DNA of 64,000 bases from Selaginella moellendorffii (GCF_000143415.4 NW_003314284.1:372001-436000); one strand, 5' to 3'; shown: positions 48,878 to 62,991, counted from the first letter of the stretch. Notes: a model not told the origin generated them from the sequence alone. Numbers and translations: made by a program.

Positions 48878-49617
48878 ACTCGCAAAAAAACCCCTACAGT
48901 ACCTTCACTTCGAGAAGTGTTTGTTTTTCATAGGCATGGCAGCCACCGACATGGACGATTCCCACAGAGAAAATCATAGAACGTGGAAAAAGAAGAGCAA
49001 TTTGATCCAAGATGATGAAGAATTTTATGGTGGCGGCTGTGATGGCGAGCTCTACACAGGTGAATTGATCGATCAAGGATCTTCAGCAAGGAGTTTAGAA
49101 TGGAAAACTTGCACCTTACAATTTATATTATCAATAAGAACTTATGCCTCTATTCTCTATCTCTTCTTCGGGCATGGATTCACGTCTTGGATGGCGATCA
49201 AGTCACGGGATCTTTGGAAGGAAGGAGTAAATATTTTTTCATAGAGTGGAATTGGTTTATGTGGTTTCCAAAACAAACTAAGAATGTTTTCCGTTTAACC
49301 TACCTATAAAACGCTACAGTCATTTAGATTAATATTATGTTTATAAAATTATAAACACTAAGTATATTCTAGTTTATTTTACCATCTTTATACATTATAT
49401 AAACACCAATTCTGGATTCACAAAATCCCTAGGAAGATAGACACTCCTTTCTGGTCACTATCATTCATGTGCTAAGGGAGAGTTTTGTTTCTTTTTTGGA
49501 GGGCATTGACATTTAAAACTAGTAGATCTAGTTTTAGTCAAATAAGTGAGAACACTCTCTCTAAAAATATAGTCATGATTGTGCTAATGGTATAATGGCC
49601 ATAATGATTATGTGTCT

Positions 49618-50077
49618 CAACACGCTTGATATTCTCCTTGTGGCAAGCTTCCATTACATTTCGAGTGCCATCCACAGCAGGTTTTAACACAGCCTGTTAG
49701 CAGCACGATCGATGAGAAGAAGAAAATCTCCAAAACTTACGTCTGGATCCTCAAAGTTTGGAGCTACGGGACAAGCGGTGTGGAAGACAACATCGCAACC
49801 ACGAACAGCGGGCACAAGCGACTCATAGTCGAGAACATCAGCTCTAAACAGCGATAATCTCTCCCCGACGCCAGGGAGCTTCTTCAAATGCCCATTCTTC
49901 TCATCGTCGTCTAGAATCCAGCCAAAATGTGGCCAAGTATCGATAATGAATACATTACTCACCTGGATCTCGAACGGTGCCATGAACTTTGTAGCCTCGA
50001 TCCAGCAGCTTAGCGACGATCCATGACGCGATGAAGCCGCCGGCGCCTATCACGCAAGCTCTCCTCCCTCCCTCCAT
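49618..50077 (-). pseudogene. CCR-like copy 4, truncated within exon 3
   Basis: Near-identical to the 5' part of copy 2. Homology stops at the duplication breakpoint ~49618. Confidence 0.85.
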
Positions 50078-50875
50078 AATCGCAAAGCAGCCCTACAGTT
50101 AACTCTCATTTGTATATTGTGCTTGTCTTTTTCGTTTCGTCTGAAGAGAAAAAGTCACATTATACGTCGTTGATTTGGATCAAGCGGAATTCGTGCGGAA
50201 ACATCAAGAAAACTTTGAGCGTGTGGGCAAAAGTTTTTTCCAGACTAGAAGTAGCCTTTGGAACGCTCAAGCTGCCCGTTCACCTAGAAAGAAAAGAAGA
50301 AACACGAATTCTTCGAGTATCTTATCCGAGAGGCGACGTCTCTTAGAGCGCTGACCTTCGTCGGGCGCTGGAAGACCGCGAGGATCATACGAATGCGGGT
50401 TCCCCAGAGGAAGAAAACATCGTAGCAGGCCATTGTTGGAGCATGATCACCGTCTCGATTTAAGGTGGGTGCACTACCAAGAGGAAATCGAAAGGAGACC
50501 TGTAGGGAAATTTTGGTTCAAAGCTTCTCTCTTTTGAGGAGCAAGCTCGAACTACAGAAAAGCTCTTTTGGGCACCATCGCGACAGATTCAAACAAGATA
50601 CCGGGGATGGGCATATGCAAACACCACTGCGTTTCACTGGATCCTATCTTGCTTTAGAATTCTCCCTAGAAAATGTCTTGATGCATTGGTTTTGAAGTGT
50701 TGCATACATTTGTCATTGCTGCGCCTTGGCAATTCCGGAAACAGTTGCTGGCATCGGTTTAGATTCCCTCTCGGGCCATCTTGCCAATCTGGAGAGCGAT
50801 CGCCATATCCTCACTCAGTCTCACTCGTGCCAATGATTTAGATCCTGGCAGGAGTGGTTGCCATTGCGATGATAA

Positions 50876-51323
50876 CACAGGAGCAAAGGTTGGTGTGGTT
50901 TTAAACCAGTTGATGGCGGAGCTAGCGCACTTACACAGCCGGGATCAGAAGGCGTGAAGAAAGAAAAGGAGGAAGAGCTTGGCTTTGCCTCGATTCCTCG
51001 TATCAGCAAAGAGTTCCTCGAGCATCGAGCAGTTTCCACTACATCGACGTTGGGATGAGCGAGTGCGGCAGACGACAGTATCTTGGAAGAGATCGCAAAG
51101 GTTGCCAAGCTCCGGGACTCCGGCCTCACGGTTTTCTTGCACAGAACACCACGCCAGTGGAGCGATCCAAACAGAGGGTGGATCTCCGCGGAGAAAGACC
51201 AGTGCATCCCGCGCCGGCAGCTTAGAGAAGCTGGAAGAAACTTTGCTGCTAATGAAAAATTCAGGGTGGAAAAACGTATTTTGCAAACGAAGAGCCGCTG
51301 GAAGTGTTTGACGGATCTGTAGG
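50876..51323 (+). pseudogene. C2orf69-like exon-2 fragment
   Basis: Paralog of 47037-47543 with independent deletions. Confidence 0.83.
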
Positions 51324-51365
51324 TAGCGAGAGTACCAGTGCTTGTATGAGTTTTGAGCACGGCAT

Positions 51366-52653
51366 TTAGAGCAAGCCTTTCTCTTGCAGGCTAGCGACCG
51401 TGTCCACCAGCATCTTCTCGTAGGGGATGAACTCCTTGATGAGGGACAGGATCTTCTTGTTCGAGAACTTCTCGAATAAATTCGAAAACTTCTCGAATAA
51501 ATCTCCTCCAGTTTCACACCTACAAAATAAAAAGAAAATATGTTTTTGATCATACAAGAACCAGAAGGAATGGCTTACTTCTCTGGGTACGAGTACTGTG
51601 GGAAGTTCTCCTTGAGAGTCTCGATCATCTCCTTGCAGAGCTTCGAGCATGCAATGCAGAAGTAGCGGCCAGAGGCGTTGGGATCCTCGTAGCCCGCAAT
51701 GTGTGCCTCGGCAACATCTCGCACGTCCACTAGCCCAAAGTATGTGTTCGGGTAGCTGGTTTTCGAGCCTGCGCAAGAACAAAGTTTCCTTCTTTATATG
51801 AAGAAAAAAGAAGAAAAATGAAGAAAAATTGTACGTTTATATACCATTCATCAGAGTTGCCACGAAACCAACGCTGGCGTTGATCTTGGATTGCAAGATG
51901 GGGCCAAGCACCACAACAGGGCAGATGACAACGACACGGATTCCAAACTCGTCGCCAAGTTTGCTAACGAGCTTCTCCGACTCGGTTTTAGCAAGCCTGT
52001 ACCATTGCTGGAAGAAAAATCGTGATAGAAGTTTTTGAAAAGAATCTAGCGTCTTCTCTTCCTTTACCTGGTGCTTTCGGCAGGCTTCAGGATCAGACCA
52101 GCAGCTCTCATCGATGATTTGATCTCGAGAGCGATTTGGATCGAAAATCATGGCAGCTCCAGAGGAGGTGAACACAACACGCTTGATATTCTCCTTGTGG
52201 CAAGCTTCCATCACATTTCGAGTGCCATCCATGGCGGGTTTTAACACAGCCTGTCAGCAGTACCATCGATGAAAAGGAAAGAATCTCCAAGAGAAAAGAA
52301 AAACTCACGTCTGGATCCTCAAACTTATGGGCAACGGGACAAGCGGTGTGGAAGACAACATGGCAGCCACGAACAGCGGGCACAAGCGAGTCATAGTCGA
52401 GAACATCAGCTCTAAACAGTGATAATCTCTCGCTGGCGCCCGGGAGCTTCTTCAAATGCCCATACTTCTCATCGTCGTCTAGAACCAAAAGGAATCAAAA
52501 GGAATCAAAAGGAATCAAAAGTCAAAATGCGGCCAAGAATCGATCACCTGGATCTCGAACGGTGCCATGCACTGTGTAGCCTCGATCCAGCAGCTTGGCA
52601 ACAATCCACGACGCAATGAAGCCACCAGCGCCAATCACGCAAGCTCTCTCCAT
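51366..52653 (-). CDS. CCR-like SDR, copy 5, 6 exons
   Basis: Paralog of copy 3. The intron-1 donor was changed to GTGATC by a small deletion. Confidence 0.82.
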
Positions 52654-53882
52654 ACTCGCAAAAAAACCCCTACAGTACCTTCACTTCGAGAAGTGTTTGT
52701 TTTTCATAGGCATGGCAGCCACCGACATGGACGATTCCCACAGAGAAAATCATAGAACGTGGAAAAAGAAGAGCAATTTGATCCAAGATGATGAAGAATT
52801 TTGTGGTGGCGGCTGTGGTGGCGAGCTCTACACAGGTGAATTGATCGATCAAGGATCTTCAGCAAGGAGTTTAGAACGGAAAATTTGCACCTTACAATTA
52901 TATTAGCAATGAGAACTTATGCCTCTATTCTCTATCTCTTCTCCGGGCATGGATGGCGATCAAGTCACGGGATCTTTGGAAGGAAGAAGTAAATATTTTT
53001 TCATAGAGTCGAATTGGTTTATGTGGTTTCCAAAACAAACTAAGAATGTTTTCCTTTTAACCTTAGTCATTTAGATTAATATTGTGTTTATAAAATTATA
53101 AACACTAAGTATATTCTAGTTTATTTTACCATCTTTATACATTATATAAACACCGGTCACTGTCATTCATGTGCTAAGAGAGAGTTTTTTTTCTTTTTTG
53201 GAGGGCATTAACATTTAAAACTAGTAGATCTAGTTTTAGTCAAATAGGTGAGAACACCCTCTCTAAAAATATGGTCATGATTGTGCTAATCGAGTGATAT
53301 GTGAGCCAACATACTATGGAAGTTCATTACAAAATTTTATCACACTTTTTTAGTGGGCCATTGTTGTTGGTGTTAGAGGCAATCCAAAAGCTCAAGGGCC
53401 ATAATGATTATGTTTCTCTATGTGGCAATAAGATAGTGATTTCTTGAACTCTTCTTCAAAGTCCTTATAGAATTGCATAAGGTAAAATTGACAAGCTTAA
53501 GAAATGAACAATAAATAGTTTTAGGTCAAATAATATGAGAATTCAAGCATTCTCTTTAGTAAACAAAATGATTTCAAACCTTTTTATTGTAGTATTAATT
53601 TCTATCATATTCTTGCAAATTTTGCTAATGCAAAATTATTCAAGTTTGCCTATATCTTATAATAATATATACTATTTAAAATATATAAGCAAGCCAAGTG
53701 TTGCTGGATTGGGAATGTATAGCATATTAAAATATTTTATTTTTGAATATTAGTTATTTTAGAAAATAAGTTAGCTCTTTGAGCTGTGACTATCTCAATA
53801 ACTCTAACCACTTTCTTGGGTTTTACTCTCATGAGCTCATCAGCAAAAGGGAAGATGATAAAAAATTTGATAAAATACTAAA

Positions 53883-54057
53883 TGTGAGTGCATAGAATAT
53901 GGAAAGGGAATATAGAAATGTGCATATCAATTAGCCCAAAAACCCTAGTTTATATACAGGAGCTAGTGGTCCGGATTGAAACCAATCCGACAGTTACCAA
54001 AATCCCACTACGCTAATATTAGTATACGGCATTGTAGCCGTACACTTGGCCCTCACA
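53883..54057 (-). repeat. 3' LTR (175 bp)
   Basis: TGTGAG...CTCACA; 10 mismatches to 58718-58892 by manual count. Confidence 0.95.
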
Positions 54058-57000
54058 TCATCCCCTCCTCTCGGAATAATGGAAGGTCGTCAGGGTTCTT
54101 TTGTAGATGGGCCGGGATCTGGAGGAACATCAGGAGGAGGCATCGGCGGATTTGTAGACGGTATTAACTGCTCCTGATCCCTTTGTATGAAGCGTTTCAA
54201 CCGCTACACATGCACAATCTCCAAAGGATCGGCCTGTTGAACGTCATGCCAAACCTCATAAACTTGCAGTCCAACTTGCTGCAACACCCAATATGGTCCT
54301 TTCCATTGCGCAAGGAGCCCCTTAGATAAACCACGTATCGTAAGATGGGGAAAATGGACTAACACCAAATCGTCCACTTTGTACTCTGCAGGTGGACGAT
54401 GATGGGAGTTGTAACGCCATTGTTGTCCCACTTGTACGCGGCCTAAGTGTTCGGCAGACTCTGCTCGGACAAGTGGAAGAATGCTCGTCAAATATTGATC
54501 CCATGACCTAGCATTAGGAGCTCGTGGCAATCGCGAAGGTAAACTCAGCTCCGTTGGTAATATTGGATCATGACCATATAGAAGTTTATATGGTGAAGCA
54601 CCAACAGAACTCTGCACCCTTGTGACATAAGCATACCGAAGAGACGGCAAATAACCATCCCAATCCGAATGCTGAAAGTTCACATACTTCGCAATCATCC
54701 CTTTGAATGTCCGAACGAACCGTTCCACTAAACCGTCTGATTGTGGATGATAAGCACTCGTAAAAGTGTGGCGTATCCCCAACCGAGACGTCAAAACATG
54801 AAATACCTCAGCTATAAATGCAGGACCATTATCCGAAAGAATCCGCTCTGGACAAGAATGCTGGAACACCACTCGATTGAGGAGGAAGTATCCAACAGCA
54901 GTTGCAGAGGTGCTAGCAAGAGCACCAACTTCCACCCAACAAGTCAAGTAGTCAGAAGCAATAATAACATATTCATTGCCAGCAGTCAATCGTGGAAAAG
55001 GTCCCATAAAATCAAACGCCACCAACTCAAACGGACGGGAAACTGCAATTGACTCCAACCTTCCTTCCGCAGCACAAAGGGGAGTATTACGAGCTTGGCA
55101 CCAAACATAGCTACGCACATGCCGGATAATATCACGTTGCATCTCCGGCCAATAGAAAGACCTGCGCAGCTTTTCGGTCACACGACGATGTCCCATATAC
55201 CCACCTAGAACAGCAGAATCATGGTAGGAATGGAGAAACCGCGGAATAAAGAGAGAAGGCACCACCAGCCGTAAAGGATCATCAGGATCCGTCCCCACAA
55301 AATAAAGAAGGCCATCTTCAAGATGATATTGAGTATGTAAATGCCGAAAAGGCAAGTCATCAGCAAGTGATGCAGGATTCTCAAATACATCTCGAAGCCT
55401 TCGAATCCACGGCTCAATCTTTTGAGCCTCACGAACCTCATCAAAAGAAGGTAGATCTTGCTTTGCGCCTTGTGGACACTGAACGTCAAGTACAGCAACT
55501 GCCGACGGCACAGAATCCTCGTTTAGAAAATCCACAGATGTTGGAACAACAGGCTCATAAAAAACATGAGAAGAGAGCGGAGAAGGAAGAGGAGCTCGAG
55601 AAAGGGCATCAGCATCAGCCATAAAACTCCCTAGGCGATAAACAACATCAAAATTATATATTTGAAGCTTCAAAGCCCACTGAGCAGTACGACCAACCAG
55701 GTTCTTCCACTTCAATAATGAAATAACAGCAGCATGGTCACCTTCAAGTAACATTCAAGAACCATGTAGATATGCATGAAGTTTCTCGAAACCCCAAACT
55801 GCCGCTAAACACTCCTTCTCTGTCGTGGAGTAGTTCATTTATGCTGGTTGTAACGTATGGCTTATATATGCAATGGGATGATGCTGACCAGGCACACTCG
55901 GGCTTTCTTGCATCAACACACCTCTAAGACCAATATTAGAAGCATCTACGCGCAAAATAAAATGTCAAGTGTAGTCAGGATATGCCAAAACCGGAGGAGT
56001 TGTTAATAGCTCTTTGAGATTCACAAACACCTGCTCATAATCTGAAGACTAGATGAAAGATGACATTGACGACTTTAGCAACGCTCGCAACGGTGCAGTG
56101 CGATTAGAAAGATGATCCACAAAACGACCAAGATACTACACCTTGCCCAGGAAGCGCTACACATCATTCACACACTTCGGAGTAGGGAACTTTAGAACGG
56201 CTACAAGTTTGTTAGGATCAACTTGCAAACCTTCACAAGAAATACGGTACCCAAGATAAGTTGTGTCCTTGGACCCAAACACGCACTTCGACCGCTTCAG
56301 GTTTAAACCAACGTCCCGTAGCCGATCCAACACTTTACACACATCACGAATGTGCTCCTCCCACGTCCCCTCCGAGTGAATCAAGACATCATCAATGAAG
56401 TTAGCAGTCACCTCTGGCATATTACAAAGAATCTTGTCCATCATCCGCTGGAAAGTTGCTGAAGCATTGTTCAAACCAAACGGCATCACCAAGAACTTGT
56501 ACAAACCATATGGTGTATGAAAAGAAGTCTTAGGAATATCTTCTTTAGCCATCGGTACTTACTAGTACCCAGAAGCAAGATCGAGCTTGGTGAACCAACG
56601 ACTTTGCCCTATACGATCCAAGAGATCAGCCGTGTGAGGAAGAGGGTACACATCTGGGATCATCACTTCATTTAACAGACGATAGTCGATGCAGAAACGA
56701 ATACTCCCATTAGGCTTCATCACAAGATGAGGTTCACATGCCCAAGGGCTCCGCAACTTCCAAATAACACCCTTCTCCAACATCTCCTTGACGTTTGCAC
56801 GTAAAATCTTGTCTCCTTGGGTGACTGACGACGAACAGGAACCTTGATTGGACGAGCATCCCTGGTTGGAATCGGATGACGTGTGGCAATCTTGGCCCCA
56901 GAAGATAAGTCAAATTCAAAGAGATCAAAATACCCTTTCATGAGCTAATCAATAGCTGCAACACAAAGATCTTCGGAGCGATCGGAAAAGGGAAGAGTAT

Positions 57001-58717
57001 AACAAGATGGAAACATAGGAGGAAATAATGGGGAAACAAAAGTAATAGAAGTAGAGATAAAAGTAGAGGGACGAAAAGGTAGGGAAATGAGAGGAATGGA
57101 TGAAATATAAGGAAGTATAAGACAAGGGGGAGAAGCCTCAAAGTCACACTTGGCATGATTGTGTTGCAACCAATCCATACCAAGAATGAGGTCAAAAGCT
57201 TGACTTGGCACCACCTGCAACAACTGCAACTCAAGCTCGAGATTGCCCACACGCACAACCAGGTCCGCCTCATCTCGTGCACATACATGTATGCGGCCGT
57301 TGCCATAAAGAATGAAAACTGGACCCGCCGCACAACGCAAGTGTAGACAACAACGTGTGGCAACAGGTCGAGCAATAGAAGATAAACTCGAACTTGTATC
57401 AACCAACACGGAGAGAAGAATAGGAGACCTCTTGTTATAAAAACGAGCTTGGAAAGTAAACATTGGATGAACCGGTGCCGAGTGAACCCCTTGATGATAC
57501 TCTCAAAAGAAAGATGGAGGGGTCACTAACTTATTCGCGCAAGGTCCCTCCGTTACTCGCACGACTCCTCGTTTCCTGGATGCACCTCGGTGTCCAAACC
57601 TTCCACCGCAGCAGCATCAACAGGACGTTGCTGACGCCAAGGTCTTCATCCAGGAAATGGAGGTCCCCAATCCGGAAAGCGTCGACAATGCCGATAAGTA
57701 TGACTAACTTCATCACACGCCCAGCAACGAACATCACGGCCACGACCACGTCCTCGCCCTTGTCCGTGGACTCGAGTAGCAGCAGCATCAACCTCCATTG
57801 GAATAGGACCATCACTCATAGGAAGTGGAGCTGAAGGACGTGCAACAAGAAGTGGAAGAGGCGACGTCTCATAACGTTGTGCCAAGCGAAGAGCATCGTT
57901 AAGGGTGGCAGGAGCAAGTGCATGCACAAGGCCGACAAGATCTTGACGAAGTGCTGGCCATAACATTTCTAGCTTGATCCGCTCTGACATATTAGGCTCT
58001 GCACGAAGCAAAAGACTTCGGAAACGAACGCCAAATTGCATCACCGACTCAGATGGCCTTTGGAGAAGACGATGCAATTGTTGGAAGGCATCGTCACAAT
58101 CGTCGGCATGTCCAAAGGCACATTTAAAGATGTTCGGAAGAACACTCCTATCCCCACGAGTGGCCGCACTCAATCCATTGTACCACTGCAATGCCGTCCC
58201 TTGGAGACATATGGGAAATTCATGCAAACGTCGAGCATCATCCCAAGAATGATATGTGGCAATCACCGTGAAGTGATCGAACCAATGGTACACATCATCC
58301 CCAGGATTCCCACGAAAGAACTCCGGCCGAACGCAAGGATTGGCACCAAGAGCAGGAGGAGTTGGACCACGTGCCGTGAATGCCGCCATCAATTGAGTTT
58401 GGTTGTTCAATTGCAAGTGCATAGCATCAAGCAATTGAACCAACTACTGCTCTAGAGTCAAAGGAGGAGATTGCAGATCGGCCATGAAGATGAACGAAAA
58501 AGAAAGAGCAAAAGAAGAGAAATGACAAAAAGCTGGAAAGAAATGGTAGATCTAAACAATACAAAAAGCTATATCTAAACCAAAATCCTGAAAGGAAAGA
58601 ACAAAAGAAAGGAAATGGAAAAAGCTAGATCTAAACGATGCAAAAGCTAAATTTAAACCGAAATCCCAAATCCAAGCACTCCCCAAGGAAAATCAAAGGT
58701 GCCCTCACCTCCACCAA

Positions 58718-58892
58718 TGTGAGTGCATGGGATATGGAAAGAGAATACAGAAATGTGCATATCAATTAGCCCAAAAACCATAGTTTATATACAGGAGCGA
58801 GTGGTCCGGATTGAAACCAATCCGACGGCTACCAAAATCCCACTATGCTAATATTAGTATACGGCATCGTAGCCGTACACTTGGCCCTCACA
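58718..58892 (-). repeat. 5' LTR (175 bp)
   Basis: Direct repeat of 53883-54057, adjacent to the PBS. Confidence 0.95.
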
Positions 58893-61800
58893 TAAAGAAA
58901 ATAAAAAAATGAATTTTATTTTATAGTCTCTAAAAACTAATCTTGTCCAACTTAAATCTAATCTAAAAATTTGATCTATGTTAATCCTATATACCCATGT
59001 ATGATAGATCTTGAGTTTCAATCCTATGAACAAACATTTAAGATTTAGACCTTATTGTGGACAATGACTACAAAATACACACTAGAAAGTAAGAGCACAA
59101 GGGTAGAAAAACTCTTTAAGAATTGGAACAACCTTCCCCACTACAAAAGTTGTCAATTTTCTCATATACTTGGTATTATAATGGTGTTTTATATATTTAT
59201 TTCTAAGGTATGGATTGAGCTATATGTCTAAGGATGCAACAAAGTAGGGGAAAAGGAAAATTTAATTGTTTTTGACTCCTAAATCCAAAGGAAGTTTGAT
59301 AGATACATTTAGTGATTATAGCACTTGAAATATTTTGAATTGCAAGTGGAATAATTAGATTTTATTGCAGTGGATATTGTTTTTATGTTCCAAGGATGAT
59401 TTATAATGATCTAACTATCAATAAAAAAATTAAGTATTATTAACTAACACAAAACATAAATATGGACTTTAATATTAAGAAAATTACTATCAAACACTGG
59501 TTTTAAGCGAAAAGTTTAGATTGAAGAATATCCTAGAATATACTTGGATATTCTAGGTATTGTTTCTACATCCCTGAGGGACTAAATAAAAGCTAAACTA
59601 TAGACAAACATAATTAACAACAAAGCTAAACATAGGGCTAAACTCTCATTTTGGGTTTGATTAAATTCTCACACTACTGACAATGAACAATTATAAGAGT
59701 GAGAGGCCAAAAAAGGACAGTATTAATAATTCATCTAAATGAGGGAATGAAGTGCTTTTATTACATTGATTTTAGAAAGAAAATTGTTTTTGCATGAAGA
59801 GGCTATACATCCCTACTAAAAGGAAGTTATGATTTTGAAGCAATCATTACATTATCCCTTATATTGTACCAGTATATTGCATAGCACATAAAGAAGATTT
59901 GGCTGTGAATGACTCCTTCTAACTATTTCCCAGTGATTTAAGGGATATATGTGTGTGTGTGTGTCTATATATATATATAAAAGAAAAGAAAATTTATTTA
60001 CACATTCTATGTAGTTGTTATAGTAGAATAAAAAGTAGTTTGTACTTTTATATACTTAAAAATAATTAAAATAATATACTTAAATAATTTTTAAATTATA
60101 GAAATAAGCGTACATAAGCAATAAAATAAAACTTAAGTCTAAAAAAACAAAAAAGTTCCACCCTAATAAGAGACCTATTTAAGTGAGGAGCATTTCGTCA
60201 GAATGTAATAAAAAATATAGAATAGTATACCATCATCAAGGCTATTAATGGTAGCATTGTCTTTGCTATTAATATAGTCTTTCATCCACTTGTGCTAGAT
60301 TAAAGCTAATAAAAACATCCTTAATTTCCTATTTGACCTAATCTTAACAAAAATAACAATTTCCAAATCTTGGATGAGTCCTTATAAGGATGTTATTGCG
60401 AGGTGTTGTTACTTTTCAAGTTTATGCATATATTTCTTCTTTAAATTTAATATAGTCTTTTTAGGTTATAGTTTGATAATGTAAAATAAAAGTTCTATAG
60501 AGAAGTAACAAATCCAAAATTTCAAGTATTTCAATTGTATTTACTGGTTTTTATGCTTGGTTTAATTTCCTAATATATGCAAATAGGATTTAAACAGAAT
60601 CTTTGCTTAATATCCACTTATGAGAAATGCACAGTTAAGGTTATAATGAAAGTTTATGATTTCGTTAAGCACAATGGATTCTATATGAACTTCTCAACAT
60701 GATGCCTTTCTTAAGCATGTTGAATTGAGCAATTGAACAATTAATCCCTTTTGGGCATAAAAAATAAGTTTCAAGACTTAGTTTATATGTATATAGTAAT
60801 AATTATTATCCACATAAAGTTATCGTGGCAGGATGTGATTAAATGCCTTTTTAAATTCTCTGTTGAGGATGAGCTTTTGGATTAGGTTTTTTAAATGATA
60901 TAGCTAGATTTTTAATTATCAAAAATTTCAAAAAGGTTTAATGCTATTAAGAAAGAAAGAACACTACCAGAACAAACCTCTAGAATGGCTCTCAATAAAA
61001 AGGCAAAAAAAACTAAAGATATATAATTACCTTCTATGGTGCATTTGGATCTTTATCAACAATATGACTATTTCCTCCTACCTAACTGAAGCACAAATTG
61101 TATACTTCAAATGCCTCTTGGTGTTTTCAGAAAAAAATTAGAAGAACAAGTGATGGGAGGAAAGTTAGCACTTAAATAGGTGGTAATTGCCACATATTTC
61201 AGTTCACTTAACATCACTTAAATTTTTTAAAAGAGACTATTATTGTTGCATATGAAAAGAAAGAAAAAAATAATATAGAGTCTAAGAGGAGAATGTGTAC
61301 AAAAAAAGCAACTATCACTAAAGCAATATCATATTCAATCTATGTAAATAGCTTCATTTCTTCACTTAAACTAAAAAGTTACCTATAGAAAATTTTAAAC
61401 TCAACATAATGACTTCTCAACATTGGAGCTTTCTCTTGTTAACATAAAGAAGTATTATAGGAGCAAGGAGCATATCTATCAATGAGGAAGCCTAGTGAAT
61501 GGGTTATGAAATTTGATAAGCAATTATTTTCGACAAGACTTAGTCCACAAATACTTAGGACTACACTATTGTAATAGTAACTAGGAAAATATATCTAAAA
61601 TCATATCTAATGCAAAATATATTGTAAACCAGTCTATATTCAAATATATAAAATCTATATGAAGCAACATATGTAAATTAAGCTAAAAATTAGGTGGCCA
61701 AAACATTAATCCAAAAACTACTTTTTCCATTAGTCATATAAACAGTCAAAACTATATCTTGGTGAATTATATAGAAAACTATACATACTTTTATTCCCAA

Positions 61801-62802
61801 AATATTCCTAGAAACCACACCAAAACAACTCCTAAATTCATACTAGAAACTAGCAAACCCTATGTGTGAAACCACTTCTATGATGGTCCCAAACTAGAGC
61901 ATAACCCAATTAAAAAACCATTCCCAAACCAATAAAAGTGGCATATAAATTTTTCCCAATCACAGCCATATAGTTTTGAAACTAGTTATACATAAAAAAC
62001 CAGCTTTTTGTGTACCTCCTCTTATGCCATCACTTAGAAAGGCCACAAAAATCCGAGTGAACCAATTGGAGAGGATATTGTGCAAGAACACTCCCTCTAG
62101 AATTAAAAGCTCAATGATATTGCTTTCTTAAAATGTAAGGCTCACATAATGGCATTGAAGAAGGTGTAATGGCCAAGCTATCAACCACTTATCTCGTTGC
62201 AACTACTGTAATTCACATAGCCAAGTTGATGTTGCCAGGTTTGAAAATCTGTAGCGCCCCCTGAAGATGAACTTGCAAAAATCATGATGGTAATCAACCA
62301 TCTTGTCTTGCATGCAAAAGCCATATCCAACCAACATGAATAGGAAGCTATGATTATAATGAGCATTATAATCACCTTGAGCCAATAAATCTCATTACTT
62401 TAGCACTTAGCCAATAATACCCTGGCTTTCTTATGTTTTTCTTATTACGACTAAGGTGGTTAAGGATATTTGTCTTCTATTTCACATGAAACTAATTTTT
62501 TTTTCATTTATTATTTTCTTTATGGCAAACCAAATATAATTTTCTTACTTATAAATCACTAATACAAACCGTTGTCCACCCATGAGGATCAAGCCGAAGA
62601 AGTTGGCATAGGAGGCTGGATCCGCCGTCAACACCATCGTGCAAGCTCGTGAGGTGATGATCATCACCATCGTCATCACTATCCACACCATCGCCATTGC
62701 CATAGATGCAAAAAGAGATCAAAGTTCAGCAAATGACGCAAACCATAGAAGGATGATCAAAAGCCACATTAAGCTTCGTTTCGTATGAAAAGAGCCTGCA
62801 AT

Positions 62803-62991
62803 GCCTGTTTACCGTGTTCTAGATGCGTGGTATCTGGATACAGTGGTGAAGCACGAGTACAAGAAGTTAAATCTCGGGTTTGGATCTAGTACGGTAGAAT
62901 TATAGAAGGGCTTTAGACATGGTGATTGCATGGATGCTTGCGCCAAGAAAGACTTCTTGTATAACTGTTATATCAAATAGCTGCCTATTAA
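62803..62991 (+). pseudogene. Third, decayed alpha-SNAP-like 3' relic
   Basis: GTGGTGAAGCACGAGTAC, CGGGTTTGGATC and TGGATGCTTGCGCCAAGA match the 3' end of the gene at 7756-8010 in the opposite orientation. Confidence 0.75.

Larger units (their letters stand above)
45833..53416. repeat. Recent ~3.78-kb tandem duplication (45833-49617 vs 49618-53416)
   Basis: Near-identical introns and intergenic DNA. Paralogous ATG offsets are 3785 and 3776 bp. Confidence 0.9.
53883..58892 (-). mobile_element. Full-length but mutated Ty3/gypsy LTR retrotransposon, no chromodomain
   Basis: Paired TG..CA LTRs, TAAA on both flanks, PBS TGGTGGAGGTG, PPT GAGAGGAGGGGA. Domain order: gag (CWACDEVSHTYRHC), protease (LVDTS), RT (FIDD), RNase H, integrase (DFMGP, SDNG, VER, WKGPY). 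Multiple stops. Confidence 0.96.

Noticed and set aside
58900-62570. AT-rich tract, possibly old transposon debris
   Set aside because: No identifiable motifs, termini or credible ORFs.
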